Below, piece by piece: positions 1 to 13,974 of a DNA stretch of 64,000 bases; the first letter of the stretch is position 1, and every line of letters starts with the position of its first letter. The DNA is from the human T2T-CHM13v2.0 reference genome, Homo sapiens, in assembly GCF_009914755.1 (NCBI RefSeq), contig NC_060942.1; one strand, 5' to 3'. The translations under genes were made by a program, and so were the position numbers. The notes beneath the pieces were generated by a model. It saw nothing but the letters and a program-made list of their open reading frames with translations. It had not been told where the DNA came from and ran no database searches.

Positions 1-230
1 TGGCTCACTGCAACCTCCGTGTCCCGAGTTCAAGTGATTCTTCTGCCTCAGCCTCCCAAGTAGCTGGGACTACAGGCACGCACCACCATGCCCAGCTAAT
101 TTTTGTATTTTTAGTAGAGACGGGGTTTTACCATATTGGCCAGGCTGGTCTTGAACTCCTGACCCCGTGATCCTCCTGCCTCGGCCTCCCAAAGTGCTGG
201 GATTACAGGCGTGAGCCACTGCACCCAGCC
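1..230 (-). mobile_element. Alu (AluS), cut by the window start
   Basis: Antisense Alu body ending ...gggattacaggcgtgagccactgcacccagcc; central ttttgtattttt linker. Confidence 0.95.
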
Positions 231-297
231 GGGTTTCATTTCTTACCCCTCTTTTTTATGGCCAACCTTTTCAGTTCTGTTTAGATTTTTAAAAAAA

Positions 298-306
298 TAC
301 ATATAC

Positions 307-353
<47 letters not shown>

Positions 354-378
354 TATACACATATACATATATATATAC
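298..378. repeat. (TA)n/(TATACA)n microsatellite
   Basis: Direct read; the source of the YIYI ORF. Confidence 0.95.
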
Positions 379-553
379 TGTTTTTGTTTAGTGATCAATT
401 ATTTCTTAAATTGTTGAGTTTAGCTCATTTATAGTTGTTGATATGATAGATATACTTGGTCTTAGTTCTCTTATGTTACATTCATATATTTTCTGGTTTT
501 ATACATGTTAAAAAGCATTTTACAATGAGATCTCTGTTTCCTTCTGTTTTCGA

Positions 554-582
554 TGTGTGTGTGTGTGTGTGTGTGTATGTGT
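554..582. repeat. (TG)n microsatellite
   Basis: Direct read. Confidence 0.9.
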
Positions 583-1299
583 GCGCACACATGTGTGAAT
601 TGTATAGCAGTTCTGATAAGATTTGTATTTCTCTGGTTTCATTCTAGAGGCCATTACACTTTAAATTCCTCACAAAATGTTTGGCTATAGATTGTTCTGT
701 TCTTTGGCAACATTTTTATTTATTTACTTTTGTTGTTACTCATCTGATAATGAGTTTTACTGGTGCCTTCTCTCTCATTTATTGCATTGTCACATTGGTT
801 CCCTGCCCGTTCCTTTTATTTATTTTGCTTGATTTTGAATAAGTTGGGCTTTCCTGGACCACCCAAGGAAAGCAAGTTTCCTGTGGGGTATTAGACTAGT
901 GCAGAATTTCATTCCTGGTGCTTTTCTTTTCCTCTGCATTGGAAATTATGACTTATTTGTAGCCATATCTCACCTGGTTTTTGAAACAAAGCTGTGTCCT
1001 ATGGAGCTTGTTTCAGCAGCTTAGCTTAACCAGTTTCTCACAACTGTGTCGCCAAAAAAGGGATACACCTTTTGCCCTGAACATCTGTCCTGCGTTTTTG
1101 GAAGTGTCGTGTTTCTCGTGCTCTCTGAGCTATGCTGTCCTCTGCGTTGCTCTGGTTCTAGCTCAGGATTGTTTTTTCCCAGTTCTTACAAGAAGAAATG
1201 AAGATGCTTGCTGATTTATGGGCTCTGCTTATATTGGGAATTTGGGTAGGGGAAGGGAAGGCCTCTGGAAGTTTAAAAATTTTGGATATTCGTGCATTG

Positions 1300-2120
1300 T
1301 ATGTGTTACATTTTGCAAACACTTTCTTCCAGACTAGGCTTTTCTTTTGCAGTAGAGATTAAAGTTTTTATGTAGGCCCATTTATCCATTTTTTTCCCTT
1401 ATTGCTCCTCTGCTTTGCATCTTATTTAAGAAAGGTTCCCACCTCCCTTTAAGGTTATAAACAATTCTGTTTTTTTCCACGCTACCAGAATTTTGTTTTT
1501 CACACTGAGTCCTTTAGTGCATCGAGGATTGATGTCTGTTATTAATGTGATGCAGAGATCTAACCTTACTTTTATTAAAGAAAAATTTATAGCCAATTGT
1601 TCCAACACAGTGTGGGCAAATTGAATAGTATATCCTTTCCCACTGCTTTGAAATGCCACCTTTTAATATTTTCAGCTCTAAATAATTGGGATTGTTTCTG
1701 AATACTTTGTTTTGTTTCACTGATCTATTTATCATCTCTGGAACCTTTACTCACACTGTTTAATTTCCTACAGTGTTGTATAATACCAAGCAAGCATTAA
1801 TTTATTCTTTTTCAAGATTTCTTTGCTATTCATGTTGCTTTTCTCTTTTACGTGACTTTTAGGATCAAGTTTTCAAGTTCTGTGAAGTTCTAAGAAATTA
1901 AAGTATTAATTGAAGTTTCATTGAATATATAAATTAAGGAAAATTACCAGCAATTTTGGCATTAAGTTTCCTTATGTAAGAATGGATTTCTCTCTCCACT
2001 TAGTTTCAGGATGTTTATCTGGATCATGCACTTCTCTTGAAAGATTTATTTATAAGTGCTTTACAGTTTTTTAATAAGGCTTTTGTGAATGCAGTTTATT
2101 GTGATATTGTTCATTTGGCT
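1300..2120 (-). mobile_element. Highly degraded old L1M (ORF2 3' part)
   Basis: T-rich antisense L1-like motifs (tttatccatttttttccctta, agccaattgttccaacac, ttttaggatcaagttttcaagttc); boundaries approximate. Confidence 0.6.
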
Positions 2121-2249
2121 GGTCTGAGTATGGAGGGAAGCTATTGCTTTTTCTCTTCGTTAATCTTATGTGCGACCATTTTATGACCTGCACCTCACTC
2201 ATGCTATTCTTCACAGCTGCAGTATTTCCCTGCCACTTCGCTATGGCTT

Positions 2250-2520
2250 CGTCATTCTTCAAGGGTTAGCTGAAAACCTAGCTGCCTTCATAAATGTCTT
2301 TCTTGAATATTCCTTTCCTTAAAAATTTTCCTTTGCTCTGAAAATAAACTTGCAGCCTATTTACACAGATAAGGCATTTGTGCTATGTTTCCTGTTCCAT
2401 CGATGTCTTATTTTCTCCCCAGATTATAAACTGCATAAGGACTATGGCAAAGTTTCAAAATTATTCTTTTAGCACAAATGATTTAATTATGAGATTGTAA
2501 TTTTCAGTAAACATTTGATT
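2250..2520 (+). mobile_element. L2 3' fragment
   Basis: tctccccagattataaactgcataagg and cagtaaacatttg resemble the L2 3' end. Confidence 0.45.
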
Positions 2521-4515
2521 TACTAACAATTCTAGTAACCATTTGATCTAGTTATTCCATAGACTGGAATTATTTTAGCATGTTAATATATTAGTTGGTT
2601 CTAATAATTCTAAAAAGATTTATAAGGAACATACAGTTTTTGACAGAATCTGCTTTTGCGGTGGTTTGTTTCTCTTTTTTTTTTTTTTTTGCTGAACCAA
2701 TTGATGATAACAACTGAGAATCATTCTTCTGCTTAGAAAGTTACTTTTCCAGAAAGAATTTGAAATGAGAGCAAAAATCTGAGAAGGCAGTCTTCTAATC
2801 ATACATTACGATCCACAAAGAATGAACAAGACTCATGGACTGGAAGGTGTTCAATTTTGTATGCAGTTTCACTGGGCCTGGGTATACTATACCCTGGAGC
2901 GTTTGTCATCATAAGCAGAGGAGGTTTATGAGCCTGGGACCCAGGGGGTCAGATATGGTGTGCTGCTGCATTGCCTATTACTGTTATTTACACTCACACT
3001 GGAACTGAATTGGGTTCTTGTTTCTTTTCATTTAATAATGTTTACATTGTGGAAATAAGCTGGCAATAAAATTTCGTGGTCATTTTTAATCTAGCCAGTG
3101 AATTCTGCTTTCTCTGGAAATAGAAGTGTTGCTTGGTTGATTTTGCAGCCTTCTTTTCTCCTTCCTCCTGCCACCCCATCCCTCGCCCCGATTTTCCAAT
3201 TAGGTTCCAGATGCTGATCTGTTTACCTGCGTCACCTGCACAGCCAGCTGCTTCCAGGAGCCTGGATATTTGTATTTGCCTCACTTTATATTACACCTGG
3301 GGGATTAATTACCAAGTACAAGCCTATAAAGAATCTGGAAGAATATAAAACGCTTTGGTGCAGGTTTAGTAGAAAGGAAGTTTGAATCAGCTTCCAGTCA
3401 TTAAAATGGTGTGGTTAGAAATCACACTCTATATGAGACTGTAAGTGGCCTGAAGATGAGGTTTCTTTATTTTCTTGTGCAGGGATCACAAATATCTTGT
3501 TCTGGTTCAATTTACAGGTATAAGGAATGTATAATTAAATCCTTCAAATTAGGATGCATGTGTATGTGTAAATGTATCACCTTAAACACAATTCATGACC
3601 TAATTTTTAGTGTCCGGAAGCATGAACTTGTAGTCTCAGTGCAAGCATGAGCTAATAGCAAACTACTGGGAGGCAGGTATGTCAAGGACTTGATGAAGAG
3701 TCACTGAGGGCACCTGGCACATTCTTCCCAGGGGTCATCAAAGATAAAGTAGACTGTCATTCATGCAGAAAGATGAAAAGAAAACAAATATCTCCTGAAT
3801 GTATTTTCCAACCCTGTGTTAATGATTAGAAAACCCTCCTTTCGCTTAGGTAATCTCTACAGATATACCTTCAAATAACCCCACAGTAGCTGTGGGGGTT
3901 CGTAGGTAATTGAAAATTTCTGTATAACATTTTCATTTTAGAATCTGACTCTGGTTTGAGTTTTATGCCCTGACTTGAAAAGCACACAGAAGTTCGGGCC
4001 TGATATCAGCATATTCTTGAATGCTCATTTTGGGCCTTGTAACTGAGTTTTACAAATATTCCTTTTCAGCTAGGCAGCAAGGAGCATATGCCCCTGGAAG
4101 TGTAGTTTTGGAAGGAAGAAAAATTCCCACACAATACGTGATGAGAGGGCTGAACAATTTCCATCTCAGGCAGGGAATTTTACATTCTAGTCAGGTTAAA
4201 TGGAAAGCAAAACAAATGAGGGAATGGAGCACACAGGCTAATTAGTAATTCTCTTCTATCAGAACTTCTGGCACAACCCTGGTATTGAACCTGCACGATA
4301 CTTTGCCACATAACTTTTCCTCTTAATTGTCATGACTTATTTTTTTCAAGGCTGGTTCAACCTCATGCTGCTGGTTCTAGGGTACCCCTGCCTGGAGGCT
4401 GCTATCGCACTCATCTCAACCATATATATAAATATGGAGATTTATGTGGAGAAACAGTACTTTCTCACAAATGGTGGACTAGTTAAGCTGGGGTGTGGAA
4501 GAACAAAGATTTCTT

Positions 4516-5803
4516 TCTTTAGTTATTTTAACTTTTAGGTACAGGGGTACATGTTGGGAAAAAGCTGAGTATTGGGAAGGAAACTGAGGCAGGGCCTGCA
4601 TAATATCCTCTGGAATGTGTCTAGACTTGCTGGCTCCTTGCTCCTAGGTTCCTAGGCTCCTATTCCCATTATCTCAAATATCAGAACATGTTCCATATAA
4701 ATGCTAAACCATCACAGCTGTAAATCATGTGCTTAATGCAACGTGTCCTTTTTGACCTCCGTATTCTCACCACCTGTTTCTCTGTTGGGTTATCAATAAA
4801 TAGCGTGGGCTCCCAGAGCTTGGGGCCTTCGCAGCCTCCGCACACTAGCGATGGCCCCCTGGTGTCCCACCTTTTTCTCTCTCACTGTCTTTTTCTCAAT
4901 CCTTTGACTCTGCCAGACTTTGTCACCCCCACGACCTGGTGTTGGGTCTGATCACCACAACAGGTACATGTGAAGGTTTGTTACATAGGTAAACTTGTGT
5001 CACGGGAGTTTGTTGTACAGATTATTTAATCACCCAGACGTTAAGCCTAGTACCTAATAGTCATCTTTTCTGCTCCCTTCCCTCCTCCACCCTCCACCTT
5101 TAAGTAGACGCCAGTGTCTCTTGTTTCCATCTCTGTGTTCATTAGTTCTTATCATTTAGCTCCTGCTTGTAAGTGGGAACATGTGGTATTTGGTTTTCTG
5201 TTTTTGTGTTAGTTTGCTAAGGATAATGGCCTCTAGCTCCATCCATGTTCCCACAAAAGACATGATCTCATTCTTCTTTATGGCTGCATAGTATTCCATG
5301 GTGTAAATGTACCATATTTTCTTGATCCAGTCTGTCATTGATGGGCATTTAGGTTGATTCCATGTCTTTGCTATTGTGAATAGTGCTGCAATGAACATAC
5401 ATGTGCATGTGTCTTTATGGTAGAATGATTTATATTCCTCTGGGTATATACCCAGTTTTGGGATTCTCGGGTTGAGTGGTTGCTCTGCTTTTAGGTCTTT
5501 GAGGAATCACCATGCCGCTTTCCACAATGATTGAACTAATTTACACTCCCACCAACGGTGTATAAGTGTTACCTTTTCTCTGCAATGTCACCAGCATCTG
5601 TTATTTTTTGTCTTTTAATAATGGCCATTCTGACTGGTGTGAGATGGTATCTCATTATGGTTTTGATTTGCATTTCTGTAATGATCAGTGATGCTGAGCT
5701 TTTCTTTATATGTTTATGAGCCACACAAATGTCTTCTTTTGAAAAGTGTCTGTCATGTCCTTTTCCCACTTTTTAATGGAGTTGTTTTTCTCTTGTAAAT
5801 TAG
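4516..5803 (-). mobile_element. 5'-truncated old L1PA (L1PA13-16-like), interrupted by an LTR
   Basis: ORF2 C-terminal peptides ([20 protein letters not shown], 5156-5398; 5569-5769); near-TSD gaacaaagatttctt 4501-4515 / gaacaaataattctt 5804-5818. Confidence 0.9.
4552..4962 (+). mobile_element. Solo LTR, LTR3-like (HERV-K HML-6)
   Basis: TGTTGGGAAAAAGCTGAG...ATCACCACAACA termini; exact 6-bp TSD ggtaca (4546-4551/4963-4968); internal TATAAA and AATAAA. Confidence 0.85.
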
Positions 5804-6439
5804 GAACAAATAATTCTTGTCCTAAATTGGAAACCATAAATCTGAGTATCTTCAAGCAGGAGTGAAAACATCATGGCTAAGTCTTCATATCACTGATACT
5901 TGCGGGAGTTCCCGATCTGGCTGAACCACTGGAGAGAAGACGGTTCCCTTGAGAAATAGCCAGCACTGTCTGCCAGTTAGATGGGAAAAGTTAGAGGTAC
6001 AAAATGGCTTTCCTCTTGTTCTTTAAATCAATTCTGAGCTTTGCTCTAGGCCCTGCTGTCAGAGACTTTGTTAATAGCCCAAAGGAAAGCCCTATATTTG
6101 GCCAGAATAAAAATGAAGCTTCCTGGTGAGGATGGAGAGTTCTGTGTTTCCATTAAGCACCTGGTGATCTGTTCCCTTTCAACTTAGCTCTCTGACTACT
6201 ATTTCTGGAAACCAGAACCATTTCAGTGGGGTTCTAAGCTGTCGGGAAGTCTGTACTACTTTCATCTTCCTGAACCACTTCTCTAGGTGGGAGCTGGTAG
6301 AAACCTGAGGAGAAAACCCATTCTTTCCCTGTTAGATATAAAATTCATCTACCACCTTGTACTAAATTTGACATGTAAGAGCAATAGGCGATGGTCTGAT
6401 ACTCAGTGAAATAAATGATGGATTACAAAGTGATGGCAG

Positions 6440-6550
6440 TGTCCCCTCTGCACTAGACTGTGAACACCTACTTAATACCGTGTCTTTTGACCTATGTACT
6501 CCTCAATGTCTAACACAGAGCAAGCACTCAATAAATGAGTTTATCAATAC
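6440..6550 (+). mobile_element. L2 3' end fragment
   Basis: cactagactgtgaac...gcactcaataaatg terminal motif. Confidence 0.6.
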
Positions 6551-6754
6551 AGAAGTCCTCAGAGAAAAAGGCAAATAATTATGTTACGTACAAAGCCAGT
6601 ATAGTAAGTGTGATTTTAATGGAAAAGACGTAGTACACATTTAGAAGTTTAAGCCTTACATCTCCAGTAATAATAAACTAGAAAAGAAAACGGACATTTT
6701 AGCCCTCATAGCATATCTAAAAGTTAAGCTCTATTAGAGTTTTTGCAAGCTAAG

Positions 6755-7585
<831 letters not shown>

Positions 7586-7629
7586 TGTTTTGAGGATAGC
7601 AGTGCTGATAGTCAAGATATTTAAAGATA

Positions 7630-7920
7630 GACCAGCACAGTGGCTTACCCCTATGTATACTTTGGGAGGCCAAGGTGGGCAGATCGCTTGAGCCCAGGAG
7701 TTCAAGACCAGCCTGGGCAACACGACAAACCTTGGTCTCTACTAAAAATGCAAAAAATTAGCCAGGCATGGAGGCACACACCTGTGGTCCTAGCTACTCA
7801 TGAGGCTGAGGTGGGAGGATTGCCTGAGCCCAGGAGATAGAGGGTGCAGGGAGCCAAGATCATGCCACTATACTCCAGTCTGGGCAACAAAGTGAGACCC
7901 TGTCTTAAAAAAAAAAAAAA
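7630..7920 (+). mobile_element. Alu (AluJ-like)
   Basis: cttgagcccaggagttc diagnostic; poly(A) tail. Confidence 0.92.
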
Positions 7921-9664
7921 TTTAAACACTCATGGAAAACTCTTTACATTATAGGTGAAAACTTAGCCAAAGGTTTGTTTATACATAAAAAAGATTTTCT
8001 TTGTGTTAACAATAGTCTGAACATTCTTGAAATGGAGTGGTTCTGACCTTAATTTGTAGGAGCTATTTAGGCCATAATTAGAAATGTTCAACTGAGAGAC
8101 AATTTTCCAAAGAGACAGTGAAAGAGTCCAATTAATTTAGCTTCGCAATTGGAACAAAAGTTATTCCTGAGGACAACAGGGATGGTAAATTATTTTGGAG
8201 CAAAATGTAGAGGGATGCAAGAAGTAAGGATAAAAACATCCTGGAAAAGGAAGGCAGGAGAAATGCAGGTGTCAGAGTTTACTGCAAAATGAATGGATGC
8301 CTGAAAGGTCAGGTGTGCTATCAGCTCAGACACAGAGTGGAATTAAAAAAGACCAATGGAAAATTACAGCAGCACAAGAAATAATTACAAGGAGAAGCAG
8401 TGATGAGATTAAAAAGTGTGTAACAAGAAAATAGCTTGAAGTCTGAGGCAAATCATAAAGCAGATACTTTATCAAGTAAAATGCTAAAATGATAGTATGC
8501 TTTGTAAAAAATAGAGGTTTTGATTCTGGTGGTTTGACTAAAGATTGAGTGCTTTTCATTATAAAATAGATGAGTTGGTTTTTTTTTTTTTTTTTTTTTG
8601 GTGAGAGCTTTTAAAGAGCAAGGTGACTACAGGTTCAATAATAAACTGGCATTAAAATAATAAAGGAGGAACACAGAAAGTAAACCTGTGGCTTATGGTA
8701 CTTTAAATTTTGATCCATAAAAATCAACATTATCAATTTATGCTATTGTCATTTTGTGACTCTTAGTTGCTTTTGTAAAATTTTTGGATTTAAAAAAGTT
8801 AGCTTGATAATATATTTTCATACCCAGTTTAAGTACTGACTTTAAAAGAGAATATATTTATTTTTAATAAGACAGGCTATGAATAAATAACAAAATACAA
8901 TATAATTTTCACTGAAAACTCATTTTTCTCCAATATATCCAAGAGAGCAGTGCAAGAAAAAGCAAGCTCAGATATTAATTTATTCATTTTAAATTTTATA
9001 ATTCTTAAAGGAAATTTGGAAAGTACAAATAGAGAAATATTAATAATTCCATTATTCAATAAAATCTGATTTTAAAAGTTGTGTTTTAAGGTTCCTTACA
9101 GTATTTTTTCTTAAGTATAATTATTTTTTAAACGTAGTTTTAAAATTTTATTTTCTTTACTAAGTAATTATAACACTTATAATTTAGGAAAAAGACCTCA
9201 CACAATTCACTTGCATTTCTTGCCTGGAAGGACAAATTGGCTACCTTCATTTTGCTAAGTATTCTTTTTTTTTTTTCTTTATGTGTCTGCATGTATATTT
9301 TTTTCTTTTTTTAGAAACTTTTTATTATGCAAAATTTCAAACCCACACATGGATGGAGAGAATAATCTGATAAACTCCTGTGTTTCATTCTCTACTTCCA
9401 CCACTAGACCTACTCACTGATTTGAGTTTGAATCTTGTGGTAAACATCTGTGGGGAATAGGCATTTCTAGAGGAAATTCAATAACAAGATAATAATAAGA
9501 AACAGCAATCATGATGAGTTATTTTGCTTTAAATCTTGACAGAGGAGCCATTATGGAAGAGGGCATCAGCCTGTCTATATTTTTAGGTTCCTTAATGTTG
9601 TTAATTCAGTCAGTTTTGGTAGTTTTAGGTGGTGATGCCCAACAGGACTTTTGTGATTTGGTGT

Positions 9665-10200
9665 AGTATTAGTCAGGGTTCTCCAGAGAAACAGAACCAA
9701 GAGGATACAGATATACAGATGTAGATATAGATGATATAGATAGATACAGATGGATGGATGGAGTGATAGGTAGGTAGGTAGGTAGGTAGATAGAGAAAGA
9801 GGAGATTATGGGAATTGGTTCATGTGATTATGGGGGCTGAGAAGTCCCATGATCTGCTGTTTGCAAGCTGGGGAACTAGGAAAATGAGTAGAATAATTCA
9901 GTCCTAGTCCCAAGGTCTGAGAACCAGAAACTCCAGTGTCTGAGGGCAGAAGAAGATGGATGTCGCAGCTCAGGGAAAAAGAGAATCCACCCTTCCTCTG
10001 CCTCATTGTTCTATTCAGGCCCACACTGGTTTGGGTGCTGCCCACCCATACTGGCAGGGATGGATCTTTTTTACTCAGTCCGCTGATTCTAATGCTAATC
10101 TTGTCCAGAAACTTCCTCACATATACACCTGGAAATCATGTTTTACCAGCTATCTGGGTACCCCTTAGCTCAGTTAAATAACACATAAAATTAACCATTG
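9665..10200 (-). mobile_element. MLT2 (ERVL) solo LTR with an internal (GATA)/(GGTA)n tract
   Basis: gtattagtcagggttctccagagaaacagaacc start and acacataaaattaacca end; microsatellite ~9705-9795. Confidence 0.85.
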
Positions 10201-10837
10201 TGGGTGTTTTATCAAAACCCCCTCATCTCATGCATTCCTTTTAAAGTTCTTATTTTATTCCTAACTTTAATTTTTCTGTTCTTGAGTTCTCAGTTTTGAT
10301 TCTTTCTTGGTTGGAGTTGATTTTTCACGATTTTGTGAAAGGAATGATCATTAAATACAGTGCATGTTGTCCATAAGACAATAGTCTGATAGTATTTAGT
10401 ATAGAAGAAAAGATACAAATAGGAAAACATTTTTTTTTCTCTTTAGGTAACCTCTTGTTTATTTTTTGCCTATGCTGTGGATTTTTAAACTATCCTTGCC
10501 ATTAAAATTATTGTGGTTCATTTGTTTTGTTTGAATTGTCTTGGCCTGGAGTGTGGTGACCCTTTTTGAATATTCTAGTTCTTAGAAGGCTCTGGGTCAT
10601 AGGACCTTCCCATCTTCTCCCTGTCTATTAACTTATTTCTTCATCACAGAGATCTTATGCCTCCCTTCCCCAAGTATAATCATGGCTGCCTTTTCTTGAG
10701 CCCTTGCTAGGTGCCAGGAACAACGCTTTCCACACGTCATGGGATTATTTTGTGTTTGTCATCTGCATTCTAGATCCATTTTTTTTCTATAGCATCAGCT
10801 TAGCTGTATACTATTTCCAGTATCAACTTTTTTCCTA

Positions 10838-12316
10838 AATTTTTAATTGTGGTAAAATATTCATAACATAAAACTTAGCACAACAATTTTTTAAAGTGTA
10901 TAGTCCAGTGGCATTAAGTAGATTTAAATTGTTGTATAACCATCACCACCATCCCCATATCTCCAGAATTCTTTTTCATTTTGTAAAACAAACTCTATAC
11001 CCATTCAGCAATAACTCCTCACTTCCTCAAGCCCCTGGCATCCACCATTCCACTTTCTGACTCTATGATTTTGATGACTCTAAGTAGCTCATTTAAGTGG
11101 AATTATACAGTATTTGTCTTGTGATTGGACTATTTCACTTAGGGTAATGTCCTCAAGGTTCATCTATATTGCAGCACATGACAGAATTTTTGTTCTTTTT
11201 AGGGCTGCGTAATATTCCATTGCATGGTAATATGGTTTGCCTGTGTCCCCACCCAAATCTCATCTTGAATTGTAGTTCCCATAATCCCCATGTATTGGGG
11301 TAGGCACCTGGTGGTAGGTAATTGAATCCCGGGGGCGGTTAGCCCCACGCTGCTGTTCTCGTGATAGTGAGTGAGTTCTCATGAGATCTGGTGCTTTTAT
11401 AACAGGCTTGTTTCCCTTTTGCTAGGCACTTCTTGCTGCTGCCATGTGAAGGATGTGTTTGCTTCCTCTTTCACCATGATTGAAAGTTTCCTGAGGCCTC
11501 CCTACCCATGCTGAACTGTGAGTCAATTAAACCTCTTTCCTGTATAAATTACCCAGTTTTGGGTATGTCTTTATTAGCAGCATGAGAACAGACTGATACA
11601 CATGTATATTCCCCAATTTGCTTATCCATTCATCCATTGATGGACACTTGAGTAGGTTACATATTTGGACTATTGTGAATAATGTTGTGAGTATTGGGGT
11701 ACAGATATCACTTTGAGATCCTGCTTTCTGTTCTTTCATGTATAGAGGGTTGCTAGGTTATATGGTAATCCTTTTTTTAAATTTTGAGGAACTACCATAG
11801 TGTTTTCTACAGTGACTATATTGTTTTATAATCCTAGCAGCAGTGCACAAGGGTTCCAATTACTCTATATTCTCATCAAAACCTGTTATTTTCTGGGTTG
11901 TTTTTGTTTGTTTGTTTTTTGTTTTGGATCATAGCCATTTTAATGGGTGTGAGGCTTTATCTAATTGTAGTTTTGATTTGCATTTTCCCAATGATTAGTG
12001 ATGTTGAGAATCTTTTCACATGCTTATTGGCCATTTGTATATCTTTGGAGAAATGTCTTTTTAAGTCCTTTTCCCATTTTTCAATCAGGTTGCTTTTGGT
12101 TGAGTTATAAAAATTCTCTATACTAAATATTAATCCCTTATTAGATATATGATTTCCAAATATTCTCTCCCATTCTGTGGGGTTGCTTTTTTACTCTGTT
12201 GATAGTGTCTTTTGAGTCACAAAATTTTAAACTTTCAGGAACTCCAATTTGTCTGTTTTTCTCTTTTGTTGTCTGTACCTTTGGTATTATGTACAAGAAA
12301 TCATTGCCAAATCCCA
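10838..12316 (-). mobile_element. L1MB-like 3' fragment, interrupted by THE1
   Basis: ttttaattgtggtaaaatattcataacataaaa 3' end; antisense ORF2 C-terminal motifs. Confidence 0.85.
11228..11600 (+). mobile_element. THE1 (C/D-like) MaLR solo LTR
   Basis: atatggtttgcctgtgtccccacccaaatctc...cagactgataca; 5-bp TSD catgg/catgt. Confidence 0.92.
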
Positions 12317-12480
12317 GTGGGAAATATAATGACCTTTTCTATTTTAGAATCTATTTGCAATTCTTTCTTATTCTACCTATCTAATATCCTGTTGGGTTTT
12401 ATTTAATTATAGCCTATTGCTTAATTTTCCCCTCATGACGTTTTACTCCTATTTCATAAAGAAGGTGATTTCCTGAGCAT

Positions 12481-13030
12481 TTTTTAATTGTGTTAAAATA
12501 AACATAACAAAGTTTACCATTTTACTCAATACTAAGTAAAATAAGCCAGTCACAAAAGAACAAATATGATATGATTCTACTTGTATGAGGTACCTATGAA
12601 ATGGGAGAGTTCCCTGATTCTCCTCGCAGGACATGTGACAGGGTGTGGCTTGCCTGCTTGGTCATCCCGCAGCTCAAACCCCTACCAGGAGCATCCAGAC
12701 AGGAAGGTACAGAGGCCCAGGTGAGGGTGTTTGGGCTTAGGCCCCATGGCAGCGTCTAGCGATGGGTGTCTGTGACTCCTGAAGCCCAAATGGGCGTGTG
12801 TTACCAAGCTCTTTCAGATTTGCCTTCTCTACCCAGCACTTCCTGCCCCGCTCCCCTATTACCTAGAGTAGTGAAATTCAAGGAGACAGAATGGCTGCCA
12901 AGGGTTGGGGATGAGGGAATAGGGAGTTATTGTTTTATGAGTACAGAGTTTCAGTTGAGAAAGATGAAAAAAGTTCTAGAGATGGATGGTGTTGATGGTT
13001 GCACAACAATGTAAATGTATCTGATCTTGA
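12481..13030 (-). mobile_element. Short L1MB with a 5' inversion
   Basis: Antisense 3' terminus at 12481-12525 abuts a sense-strand 3' segment at 12526-13030. Confidence 0.75.
12597..12861 (-). mobile_element. ERV1 solo LTR, MER48/LTR21-like, internally deleted
   Basis: tgaaatgggagagttccctga...ctctacccagcacttcctgcccc termini; 4-bp TSD ccta (12593-12596/12862-12865). Confidence 0.75.
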
Positions 13031-13055
13031 GTCTTTTAAAAAATACCAACCACTT

Positions 13056-13215
<160 letters not shown>

Positions 13216-13654
13216 GGCCAATCACTTATAGATGTTTCTTCTCTTTTTGTGCTAAGTTAGTTTTACATCTGTGTTCAGAATCTTTGAGATAATACCCCTT
13301 TTCTACATTTCTGCATTTTTTTTTCTGTGAGCCCCACTAGTATTTCTCCATTTTTACCTTTTCATTTACTTATTCTCACATTATAAGAGATGGATGACCT
13401 ATACAGACTTGGCCTTTGGGGCTTTGGCTTCATTCAATATCATCTTGGGTACCACTGAATACCGTTCAATCTAGAGCTGGGTGGTAGGTTGAGATGTATA
13501 TTTCCTAGCCCAGATCCCAGAATCTAGAAGAAGTTAAATCTGATATGACTTTGATAAATAAGACAGTATGTTCTTCTAACCCCATCTCCCGTTCTCTGAC
13601 ACTGAACATATATATGAAGTATATATAACATATACCGAGTATTTAAAATTTTAG

Positions 13655-13710
13655 AATAAAAATGTGCATTACTGCACATCTTCCTGTCTTTCATTCTCTG
13701 GTTGAGTTTT
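13655..13710 (+). terminator. Candidate polyadenylation signal
   Basis: AATAAA at 13655-13660, CA ~17 nt later, then a U/GU-rich tract; motif only, no transcript evidence. Confidence 0.25.
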
Positions 13711-13896
13711 CTTGCAGGGGTTGTGCTTTCCAAGATCAAATTTATGATTGTTAGTTCTTCTTCCTCCCTTCCTTTCTCCAGTTGTCATCCCAGTGTTGCA
13801 GTTTACAGTTAGACTGCTTTATCAGAATAGAAGTATTGATGGGGAGGGAAGAACAGGACACAGACACTGGTTTTAAAAAAAAGCAAAACCTCCACA

Positions 13897-13974
13897 TGTG
13901 TGTGTGTGTGTGTGTTTTTAAGTTCTGAGGTAGATGTGCAGGTTTGTTGCATAGGTAAATGCGTGCCATGGTGG
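13897..13974 (-). mobile_element. Tiny L1PA 3' end with a (CA)n-converted tail
   Basis: tttaagttctgaggtagatgtgcaggtttgttgcataggtaaatgcgtgccatggtgg preceded by (TG)n. Confidence 0.75.
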
